A DNA stretch of 64,000 nucleotides. Origin: Euprymna scolopes. Lineage: Eukaryota. Where the stretch lies: assembly GCA_053919585.1 (NCBI GenBank), contig CM132796.1, one strand, 5' to 3'. The notes beneath the pieces were generated by a model. That model worked only from the letters and a program-made list of their open reading frames with translations. It was not told the origin of the DNA and did not search any database. Both the position numbers and the translations under genes were made by a program. Below are positions 29,701-41,918 of the stretch, piece by piece; position 1 is the first letter of the stretch, and every line of letters begins with the position of its first letter.

Positions 29701-32680
29701 ATCTGCAAACGTTTTGTACATCACATCTGCGAAACTTTTGTACATTACATCTGCAAAAGTTTTGTACATCAGATCTGCAAAGGTTTTGTACATTACATCT
29801 GCAAATGTTTTGTACATCACATCTGCAACAGTTTTGTACATTACATCTGCAAACGTTTTGTACATCACATCTGCGAAACTTTTGTACATTACATCTGCAA
29901 AAGTTTTGTATATCACATCTTCAAAAGTTTTGTATATCACATCTGCAAAAGTTTTGTATATCACATCTGCAAAAGTTTTGTATATCACATCTGCAAAAGT
30001 TTTGTATATTACATCTGCAACAGTTTTGTATATCACATCTGCAAAAGTTTTGTATATCACATCTGCAAAAGTTTTTTATATCACATATGCAAAAGTTTTG
30101 TATATCACATCTGCAAAAGTTTTGTATATCACATCCGCAAAAGTTTTGTATATCACATCTGCAAAAGGTTGGTATATCACATCTGCAAAGTTTTTGCATA
30201 TCACATCTGCAAAAGTTTCGTATATCACATCTGCAAAAGTTTTGTACATTACATCTGCAAAAGTTTTGTACATTACATCTGCAAAAGTTTTGTATATCAC
30301 ATGTGCAAATGTTTTGTATATCACATGTGCAAAAGTTTTGTACATTACATCTGCAAAAGTTTTGTACATCACATCTGCAAACGTTTTGTACATTACACCT
30401 GCAAACGTTTTTTACATCCGATCTGCAAAACTTTTGTACATTACATCTTCAAAAGTTTTGTACATCAGATCTGGAAACGTTTTATACATTACATCTGCAA
30501 AAGTTTTGTATATCACATCTGCTAAAGCTTTGTATATCACATCTGCAAAAGTTTTGTATATCACATCTGCAAAAGTTTTGTATATCACATGTGCAAAAGT
30601 TTTGTATATTACATCTGCAAAAGTTTTGTACATTACATCTGCAAAAGTTTTGTACATTACATCTGCAAAAGTTTTGTATATCACATCTTCAAAAGTTTTG
30701 TATATCACATCTGAAAAAGTTTTGTACATTGCATCTGCAAAAGTTTTGTACATTACATCTGCAAAAGTTTTGTACATTACATCTGCAAAAGTTTTGTACA
30801 TTACATCTGCAAAGGTTTTGTATATCACATCTGCAAAGGTTTTGTACATTACATCTGCAAAAGTTTTGTATATCACATCTGCAAAGGTTTTGTACATTAC
30901 ATCTGCAAAAGTTTTGTATATAACATCTGCAAAAGTTTTGGATATCACATCTGCAAAGGTTTTGTATATCACATCTGCAAAAGTTTTGTATATCACATCT
31001 CCAAAGTTTTGTATATCACATCTGCAAAAGTTTTGTATATCACATCTGCAAAAGTTTTGTATATCACATCTGCAAAAGTTTTGTAAATTACATCTGCAAA
31101 ATTTTTGTACATAACATCTGCAAAAGTTTTGTACATTACATCTGCAAAAGTTTTGTACATTACATCTGCAAAAGTTTTGTATATCACATCTGCAAAAGTT
31201 TTGTACATTACATCTGCAAAAGTATTGTATATCACATCTGCAAAGGTTTTGTATATCACATCTGAAAGAGTTTTGTATATCACCTCTGCAAAATTTGTGT
31301 ATATCATATCTGCAAAGGTTTTGTATATCACATGTGCAAAAGTTTTGTATATCACATCTGCAAAAGTTTTGTACATTACATCTGCAAAGGTTTTGTACAT
31401 TACATTTGCAAAAGTTTTGTACATTACATCTGCACATCTGCAAAAGTTTTGTACATTACATCTGCAAAAGTTTTGTATATCACATCTGCAAAAGTTTTGT
31501 ACATTACATCTGCAAAAGTTTTGTATATCACATCTGCAAAAGTTTTGTACATTACATCTGCAAATATTTTGTATATCACATCTGCAAAAGTTTTGTATAT
31601 CACATCTGCAAATGTTTTGTATATCACATCTGCAAAAGTTTTGTATATCACATCTTCAAAAGTTTTGTATATCACATCTGCAAAAGTTTTGTATATCACA
31701 TCTGCAAAAGTTTTGTATAGCACATCTGCAAAGGTTTTGTATATCACATCTGCAAAAGTTTTGTATATCACCTCTGCAAAATTTTTGTACATCACATCTG
31801 CAAAGTTTTTGTACATTACATCTGCAAAAGTTTTGTATATCACATCTGCTTAAGTTTTGTATATCACATGTGCAAAAGTTTTGTACATTACATCTGCAAA
31901 CGTTTTGTACATTACATCTGCAAAAGTTTTGTACATTACATCTGCAAATGTTTTGTACATTACATCTGTCAACGTCTTGTACATTACATCTGCAAACGTT
32001 TTGTACATTACATCAGCAAAAGTTTTGTACATTACATCTGCAAAAGTTTTGTATATCACATCTGCAAAAGTTTTGTACATTACATCTGCAAAGGTTTTGT
32101 ACATTACATCTGCAAAAGTTTTGTATATTACATCTGCAAAAGTTTTGTATATCACATCTGCAAAGGTTTTGTACATTACATCTGCAAAAGTTTTGTACAT
32201 TACATCTGCAAAAGTTTTGTACATTACATCTGCAAAAGTTTTGTACATTACATCTGCAAAAGTTTTGTACATAACATCTGCAAAAGTTTTGTACATTACA
32301 TCTGCAAAAGTTTTGTACATTACATCTGCAAAAGTTTTGTACATTACATCTGCAAAAGTTTTGTACATTACATCTGCAAAAGTTTTGCACATTACATCTG
32401 CAAAAGTTTTGTATATCACATCTGCGAAAGTTTTGTACATTACATCTGCAAAAGTTTTGTATATCACATCTGCAAAAGTTTTGTACATTACATCTGCAAA
32501 CGTTTTGTATATCACATCTGCAAAAGTTTTGTACATCACATCTGCAAAACTATTGTATATCACATCTGCAAAGGTTTTGTATATCACATCTGAAAAAGTT
32601 TTGTATATCACATCTGCAAAATTTGTGTACATCACATCTTCAAAGGTTTTGTACATTACATCTGCAAAAGTTTTGTATAT
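17750..32680. repeat. Recently homogenised satellite domain with nested higher-order duplications (offsets ~2334, 3247 and ~9497 bp)
   Basis: The 8-bp duplication marker GCACATCTGC occurs at 19601, 21936, 25183, 29098 and 31432. Co-linear markers GCTTAAG, TGAAAGAG and GTAAATTAC recur with it. Duplicated ORFs appear at the same offsets. Confidence 0.9.
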
Positions 32681-35600
32681 CACATCTGAAAAAGTTTTGT
32701 ATATCACATCTTCAAAAGTTTTGTATATCACATGTGCAAAAGTTTTGTACATTACATCTGCAAAAGTTTTGTATATCACATCTGCAAAAGTTTTGTACAT
32801 TACATCTGCAAACGTTTTGTACATCACATCTGCGAAACTTTTGTACATTACATCTGCAAAAGTTTTGTACATCAGATCTGCAAATGTTTTGTACATTACA
32901 TCTGCAAAAGTTTTGTATATCACATCTGCTAAAGTTTTGTACATTACATCTGCAAAAGTTTTGTATATCACATCTGCAAAAGTTTTGTATATCACATCTG
33001 CAAAAGTTTTGTATATCACATCTGCAAAAGTTTTGTATATCACATCTGCAAAAGTTTTGTATATCACATCTGCAAAAGTTTTTTATATCACATCTGCAAA
33101 TGTTTCGTATATCACATCTGCAAAAGTTTTGTATATCACATCCGCAAAAGTTTTGTATATCACATCTGCAAAAGGTTTGTATATCACATCTGAAAAATTT
33201 TTGCATATCACATCTGCAAAAGTTTCGTATATCACATCTGCAAAAGTTTTGTACATTACATCTGCAAAAGTTTTGTACATTACATCTGCAAAAGTTTTGT
33301 ATATCACATCTGCAAAAGTTTTGTATATCACATGTGCAAAGGTTTTGTACATTACATCTGCAAAAGTTTTGTACATCACATCTGCAAACGTTTTGTACAT
33401 TACACCTGCAAACGTTTTGTACATCACATCTGCAAAACTTTTGTACATTACATCTTCAAAAGTTTTGTACATCAGATCTGCAAACGTTTTATACATTACA
33501 TCTGCAAAAGTTTTGTATATCACATCGTCTAAAGTTTTGTATATCACATCTGCAAAAGTTTTGTATATCACATCTGCAAAAGTTTTGTATATCACATGTG
33601 CAAAAGTTTTGTATATTACATCTGCAAAAGTTTTGTACATTACATCTGCAAAGGTTTTGTACATTACATCTCCAAAAGTTTTGTATATCACATCTGCAAA
33701 CGTTTTGTATATTACATCTGCAAAAATTTTGTATATCACATCTGCAAAATTTTTGTATATCACATCTGCAAAAGTTTTGTATATCGCATCTGCAAAAGTT
33801 TTGTATATCACATCTTCAAAAGTTTTGTATATCACATCTGCAAAAGTTTTGTATATCACATCTGCAAAAGTTTTGTATATCACATCTGCAAAAGTTTTGT
33901 ATATCACATCTGCAAAGGTTTTGTATATCACATCTGCAAAAGTTGTGTATATCACATCTGCAAAAGTTTTGTATATCACATCTGCAAAAGTTTTGTATAT
34001 CACATCTGCAAAAGTTTTGTATATCACATCTTCAAAAGTTTTGTATATCACATCCGCAAAAGTTTTGTATATCACATCTGCAAATGTTTTGTATATCACA
34101 TCTGCAAAAGTTTTGTATATCACATCTGCAAAAGTTTTGTATATCACATCTGCAAAAGTTTTGTACATTACATCTGCAAAAGTTTTGTACATTACACCTG
34201 CAAAAGTTTTGTATATCACATCTTCAAAAGTTTTGTATATCACATGTGCACAAGTTTTGTACATTACATCTGCAAAAGTTTTGTACATCACATCTGCAAA
34301 CGTTTTGTACATTACACCTGCAAACGTTTTGTACATCACATCTGAAAAACTTTTGTACATTACATCTGCAAAAGTTTTGTACATCAGATCTGCAAAAGTT
34401 TTATACATTACATCTGCAAAAGTTTTGTATATCACATCTGCTAAAGTTTTGTATATCACATGTGCAAAAGTTTTGTATATCACATCTGCAAAGGTTTTGT
34501 ATATCACATCTGCAAAAGTTTTGTATATCACCTCTGCAAAATTTTTGTATATCACATCTGCAAAAATTTTGTACATTACATCTGCAAGAATTTTGTATAT
34601 CACATCTGCAAAAGTTTTGTACATCACATCTGCAAAAGTTTTGTATATCACATCTGCAAAAGTTTTGTATATCACATCTTCAAAAGTTTTGTATATCACA
34701 TCTGCAAAAGTTTTGTATATCACATCTGCAAAAGTTTTGTATATCACATCCGCAAAAGTTTTGTATATCACATCTGCAAAGGTTTTGTATATCACATCTG
34801 CAAAAGTTTGTATATCACCTCTGCAAAATTTTTGTACATCACATCTGCAAAATTTTTGTACATTACATCTGTAAAAGTTTTGTATATCACATCTGCAAAA
34901 GTTTTGTATATCACATGTGCAAAAGTTTTGTACATTACATCTGCAAACGTTTTGTACATTACATCTGCAAATGTCTTGTACATTACATCTGTCAACATCT
35001 TGTACATTACATCTGCAAACGTTTTGTACATTACATCTGCAAAGGTTTTGTACATTACATCAGCAAAAGTTTTGTACATTACATCTGCAAATGTTTTGTA
35101 TATCACATCTGCAAAAGTTTTGTACATTACATCTGCAAAGGTTTTGTACATTACATCTGCAAAAGTTTTGTACATTACATCTGCAAAAGTTGTGTACATT
35201 ACATCTGCAAAAGTTTTGTACATTACATCTGCAAAAGTTTTGTACATTACATCTGCAAAAGTTTTGTACATTACATCTGCAAAAGTTTTGTACATTACAT
35301 CTGCAAAAGTTTTGTACATTACATCTGCAAGAGTTTTGCACATTACATCTGCAAACGTTTTGTATATCACATCTGCAAAAGTTTTGTACATTACATCGGC
35401 AAAAGTTTTGTATATCACATCTGCAAAAGTTGTGTACATTACATCTGCAAAAGTTTTGTATATCACATCTGCAAAAGTTTTGTACATTACATCTGCAAAA
35501 GTATTGTATATCACATCTGGAAAGGTTTTGTATATCACATCTTAAAAAGTTTTGTATATAACCTCTGCAAAATTTTTGTATATCACATCTTCAAAGGTTT

Positions 35601-35989
35601 TGTACATTACATCTGCAAACGTTTTGTACATTACATCGGCAAAAGTTTTGTATATCACATCTGCAAAAGTTTTGTATATCACATGTGCAAAGGTTTTGTA
35701 CATTACATCTGCAAAAGTTTTGTACATCACATCTGCAAAAGTTTTGTACATTACATCTGCAAACGTTTTGTACATCACATCTGCGAAACTTTTGTACATT
35801 ACATCTGCAAACGTTTTGTACATCCGATCTGCAAAAGTTTTGTACATTACATCTGCAAAAGTTTTGTACATCAGATCTGCAAACGTTTTATACATTACAT
35901 CTGCAAAAGTTTTGTATATCACATCTGCTAAAGTTTTGTATATCACATCTGCAAAAGTTTTGTATATCACATCTGCAAAAGTTTTGTAT

Positions 35990-38740
35990 ATCACATGTGC
36001 AAAGGTTTTGTATATTACATCTGCAAAAGTTTTGTACATTACATCTGCAAAAGTTTTGTACATTACATCTGCAAAAGCTTTGTATATCACATCTGCAAAA
36101 TTTTTGTATATCACATCTGCAAAAGTTTTGTACATTACATCTGCAAAAGTTTTGTACATTACATCTGCAAAAGTTTTGTACATTACATCTGCAAAAGATT
36201 TGTACATTACATCTGCAAAAGTTTTGTACATTACATCTGCACAAGTTTTGTACATTACATCTGCAAATGTTATGTATATCACATCTGCAAAAGTTTTGTA
36301 CATTACATCTGCAAAAATTTTGTATATCACATCTGCAAAAGTTTTTTATATAACATCTGCAAAAGTTTTGTATATCACATCTGCAAAAGGTTTGTATATC
36401 ACATCTTCAAAGGTTTTGTATATCACATCTGCAAAAGTTTTGTATATCACATCTGCAAAAGTTTTGTATATCACATCTGCAAAGGTTTTGTATATCACAT
36501 CTACAAAAGTGTTGTATATCACCTCTGCAAAATTTTTGTACATCACATCTGCAAAAGTTTTGTACATTAGATCTGCAAAAGTTTTGTATATCACATCTGC
36601 AAAAGTTTTGTATATCACATGTGCAAACGTTTTGTACATTACATCTGCAAAAGTTTTGTACATTACATCTGCAAAAGTTTTGTACATTACATCTGCAAAA
36701 GTTTTGTACATTACATCTGCAAACGATCTTGTACATTACATCTGCAAATGTTTTGTACATTTCATCTGCAAACGTTTTGGTTCATTACATCTGCAAAAGT
36801 TTTGTACATTGCATCTGCAAACGTTTTGTACATTACATCTGCAAAAGTTTTGTACATTACATCTGCAAAAGTTTTGTACATTACATCTGCAAAAGCTTTG
36901 TATATCACATCTGCAAAAGTTTTGTATATCACATCTGCAAAAGTTTTGTACATTACATCTGCAAAAGTTTTGTACATTACATCTGCAAAAGTTTTGTACA
37001 TTACATCTGCAAAAGTTTTGTACATTACATCTGCAAAAGTTTTGTACATTACATCAGCAAAATTTTTGTACATTACATCTGCAAAAGTTTTGTATATCAC
37101 ATCTGCTAAAGTTTTGTACATCACATCTGCAAAAGTTTTGTACATTACATCTGCAAAAGTTTTGTACTTCACATCTGCAAAAGTTTTGTACATTACATCT
37201 GCAAAAGTTTTGTACATTACATCTGCAAAAGTTTTGTACATTACATCTGCAAAAGTTTTGTACATTACATCTGCAAATGTTTTGTACATTACATCTGCAA
37301 AAGTTTTGTACATTACATCTGCAAAGGTTTTGTACATTACATCTGCAAAAGTTTTGTATATCACATCTGCAAAAGTTTTGTATATCACATGTGCAAAGGT
37401 TTTGTATATTACATCTGCAAAAGTTTTGTACATTACATCTGCAAAAGTTTTGTACATTACATCTGCAAAAGCTTTGTATATCACATCTGCAAAATTTTTG
37501 TATATCACATCTGCAAAAGTTTTGTACATTACATCTGCAAAAGTTTTGTACATTACATCTGCAAAAGTTTTGTACATTACATCTGCAAAAGTTTTGTACA
37601 TTACATCTGCAAAAGTTTTGTACATTACATCTGCACAAGTTTTGTACATTACATCTGCAAATGTTATGTATATCACATCTGCAAAAGTTTTGTACATTAC
37701 ATCTGCAAAAATTTTGTATATCACATCTGCAAAAGTTTTTTATATAACATCTGCAAAAATTTTGTATATCACATCTGCAAAAGGTTTGTATATCACATCT
37801 TCAAAGGTTTTGTATATCACAACTGCAAAAGTTTTGTATATCACATCTGCAAAAGTTTTGTATATCACATCTGCAAAGGTTTTGTATATCACATCTACAA
37901 AAGTGTTGTATATCACCTCTGCAAAATTTTTGTACATCACATCTGCAAAAGTTTTGTACATTAGATCTGCAAAAGTTTTGTATATCACATCTGCAAAAGT
38001 TTTGTATATCACATGTGCAAACGTTTTGTACATTACATCTGCAAAAGTTTTGTACATTACATCTGCAAAAGTTTTGTACATTACATCTGCAAAAGTGTTG
38101 TACATTACATCTGCAAACGATCTTGTACATTACATCTGCAAAAGTTTTGTACATTTCATCTGCAAACGTTTTGGTACATTACATCTGCAAAGGTTTTGTA
38201 CATTGCATCTGCAAACGTTTTGTACATTACATCTGCAAAAGTTTTGTACATTACATCTGCAAAAGTTTTGTACATTACATCTGCAAAAGCTTTGTATATC
38301 ACATCTGCAAAAGTTTTGTATATCACATCTGCAAAAGTTTTGTACATTACATCTGCAAAAGTTTTGTACATTACATCTGCAAAAGTTTTGTACATTACAT
38401 CTGCAAAAGTTTTGTACATTACATCTGCAAAAGTTTTGTACATTACATCAGCAAAATTTTTGTACATTACACCTGCAAAAGTTTTGTATATCACATCTGC
38501 TAAAGTTTTGTACATCACATCTGCAAAAGTTTTGTACATTACATCTGCAAAAGTTTTGTATATCACATCTGCAAAAGTTTTGTACATTACATCTGCAAAA
38601 GTTTTGTACATTACATCTGCAAAAGTTTTGTACATTACATCTGCAAAAGTTTTGTACATTACATCTGCAAATGTTTTGTACATTACATCTGCAAAAGTTT
38701 TGTACATTACATCTGCAAAGGTTTTGTACATTACATCTGC
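35990..38740. repeat. 1394-bp tandem duplication in the satellite (58 monomers plus two 1-bp insertions)
   Basis: ORF pairs 35995/37389 and 36619/38013. Shared markers AAACGATCTTG, ATGTTATG and ATTAGATCT. Confidence 0.9.
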
Positions 38741-41407
38741 AAAAGTTTTGTACATCAGATCTGCATATGTTTTGTACATTACATCTGCAAAAGTTTTGTA
38801 TATCACATCTGCTAAAGTTTTGTACATTACATCTGCAAAAGTTTTGTATATCACATCTACAAAAGTTTTGTATATCACATCTGCAAAAGTTTTGTATATC
38901 ACATCTGCAAAAGTTTTGTATATCACATCTGCAAAAGTTTTGTATATCACATCTGCAAAAGTTTTGTATATCACATCTGCAAAAGTTTTGTATATCACAT
39001 CTGCAAAGTTTTGTATATCACATCTGCAAAAGTTTTGTATATCACCTCTGCAAAATTGTTGTACATCACATCTGCAAACGTTTTGTACATTACATCTGCA
39101 AAAATTTTGTATATCACATCTGCAAAAGGTTTGTATATCACATGTGCAAAAGTTTTGTACATCACATCTGCAAACGTTTTGTACATTACATCTGCAAAGT
39201 TTTGTACATTACATCTGCAAAAGTTTTGTACATTACATCTGCCAACGTCTTGTACATTACATCTGCAAAAGTTTTGTACATTACATCTGCAAAAGTTTTC
39301 TACATTACATCTGCAAAATATTTGTACATGTATCTGCAAACGTTTTGTACATTACATCTGCAAAAGTTTTGTACATTACATCAGCAAAAGTTTTGTACAT
39401 TACATCTGCAAAAGTTTTGTATATCACATCTGCTAAAGTTTTGTACATCACATCTGCAAACGTTTTGTACATTACATCTGCAAAAGTTGTGTACATTACA
39501 TCTGCAAAAGTTTTGTACATTACATCTGCAAAAGTTTTGTACTTTACATCTGCAAAAGTTTTGTACATTACATCTGCAAACGTTTTGTACATTACATCTG
39601 CTAAAGTTTTGTACATCACATTTGCAAACGTTTTGTACATCACATCTGCAAAAGATTTGTACATCACATCTGCAAAAGTTTTTTACATCACATCTGCAAA
39701 AGTTTTGTACATTACATCTGCAAACGTTTTGTACATTACATCTGCAAAAGTTTTGTACATTACATCAGCAAAAGTTTTGTACATTTCATCTGCAAAAGTT
39801 TTGTATATCACATCTGCAAAAGTTTTGTACATTACATCTGCAAAAGTTTTGTACATTACATCTGCAAAAGTTTTGTACATTACATCTGCAAAAGTTTTGT
39901 ACATTTCATCTGCAGAAGTTTTGTACTTTACATCTGCAAATGTTTTGTACATTACATCTGCAAACGTTTTGTACATTACATCTGCAAAAGTTTTGTACAT
40001 CACATTTGCAAACGTGTTGTACATCACATCTGCAAAAGTTTGTACATCACATCTGCAAAAGTTTTTTACATCACATCTGCAAAAGTTTTGTACATGACAT
40101 CTGCAAACGTTTTGTACATTACATCTGCAAAAGTTTTGTACATTACATCTGCAAAGGTTTTGTACATTACATCTGCAAACGTTTTGTACATTTCATCTGC
40201 AAAAGTTTTGTACATTACATCTGCAAAAGTTTTGTACATTACATCTGCTAAAGTTCTGTACATTATCTGCAAAAGTTTCGTACATTACATCTGCAAAAGT
40301 TTTGTACATTACAACTGCAAAAGTTTTGTACATTACATCTGCAAAGGTTTTGTATATCACATCTACTAATGTTTTTTACATCACATCTGCAAAAATTGTG
40401 TAAATTACATCTGCAAAACATTTGTACATTACATCTGCAAATGTTTTGTACATTACATCCGCAAAAGTTTTGTGCATTACATCTGCAAAAGTTTTGTACA
40501 TTACATCTTCAAAAGTTTTGTACATTACATCTGCAAACGTTTTGTACATTACATCTGCAAAAGTTTTGTACATCACATCTGCAAACGTTTTTTACACACA
40601 TCTTCAAAAGATTTGTACATCACATCTGCAAAAGTTTTGTACATCACATCTACAAAAGTTTTGTACATCACATCTGCAAAAATTTTGTACATTATATCTG
40701 CAAAAGTTTTGTACATTACATCTGCAAAAGTTTTGTACATTACATCTGCAAAAGTTTTGTACATCACATCTGCAAAAGTGTTATACATCACATCTGCAGC
40801 AAAACTTGTAAAAGAAAATCTGGACTTCTGTATAAAAATCTGGACCTGTATATACTCAACCAGACATTGCAATCTGGTAGAGAAGTCTATTTCTATAAGT
40901 GACAATCGCCTTTTATCTAACTGAAAAATTATCTGTCTGGATATAGTATGTAATCGATTTGAATAGCAAGTTTTTGTTTTGAAAAACCACAGACGAAAAA
41001 TTTCTGTAATTGACTGGTTAGTCAAAATAAAATAGATATTTTTTAGGAAGTAAATTATCGCTGTCTAACATCACTTAATTTTATATATTAAATAATTATT
41101 TATTTTATTATTAGCTTATTTTTCTGTTTCACTTTTTTCCCTTAAGCATGACTCTAAGCAAATATTTATGTGGCTATAAATGCTCATATTGGGGCTCATG
41201 TTCAGCAAGCTGCATCCTACCTAGCAGGGTGGACAGCATCACTAGTGCTCACCGTAATCTTTTACATGTTACAACATTATATATGTGAATCTTTTTACAT
41301 ATATTTTTATTAAGTTTTACATCAACCAAGAGAATACTATTGCTTTATGTAAGGAGGACACCATTATCTCTTCTACCAGAGAGATCAATCTATAAATAGG
41401 GTACAAA

Positions 41408-41918
41408 TCTCTATTTTTATAAAGTTAGGTATGTTTGTATATTGGAATGTACGGCATTCATTCTTAAACTAATTGAACGATCATCATGAACTTTGAAATA
41501 AAGTTGCTAGGCGCAAGGTGTTGAAATATTGACTAACTTTTGTATAATTTAGTTGTATGCGAAGAGGATACAGTCTTCGTAAAAGTACAGTTATCTTTTG
41601 AGCATTTAAAATTTTTTGAGGTGACCATAATATGGGCACAACCTCCCATTTAAAAAATTTTATACGTTAGAGTGTTGAATTTGATATATAGTCATCATGC
41701 AATTAAGATTTCCTGAATTTCAATTTCTTAAGACTTTTAAACTTTAAACATTTTCAACCTTTTTTACAATCAAAACCAATTAGAATAAGGATACTAGACA
41801 TAAGGGTTAGTATCATTATATCTTAATTTTAATCTTTTGTAAGGTGACATAAAGGTAGTGCGAAATTGTTCTGTTTAGGGAATTAATTTTACCCGTCCTG
41901 GAACGGGTATTCTACTAG
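41408..41918 (+). mobile_element. Non-autonomous Helitron-like element, copy 1
   Basis: Termini A|TC...CTAG|T. Subterminal hairpin TACCCGT-CCTGGA-ACGGGTA at 41890-41909. No TSD. Diverged second copy at 46725-47242. Confidence 0.75.

Larger units (their letters stand above)
1..40810. repeat. Satellite DNA array, 24-bp monomer ACATCTGCAAAAGTTTTGTA(T/C)AT(C/T), roughly 1700 copies, open at the left window edge
   Basis: Continuous head-to-tail 24-bp periodicity in one orientation. Two dominant subtypes, ...GTATATCAC... and ...GTACATTAC.... Decays into unique DNA at ~40800. Single interruption at 5221-5321. Confidence 0.99.

Noticed and set aside
1-40810. CRISPR array (24-bp partly palindromic repeat)
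   Set aside because: No spacers, no cas genes, and a eukaryotic transposon context.
11-41025. Very long ORFs (YITSAKVL, CISHLQKF, VYHICKSF, ADVIYKTF and CRCDIQNF repeats) as protein-coding genes
   Set aside because: The 24-bp unit is divisible by 3 and stop-free in five of six frames, so ORFs arise automatically on both strands. Frameshifting indels are frequent and there are no unique domains.
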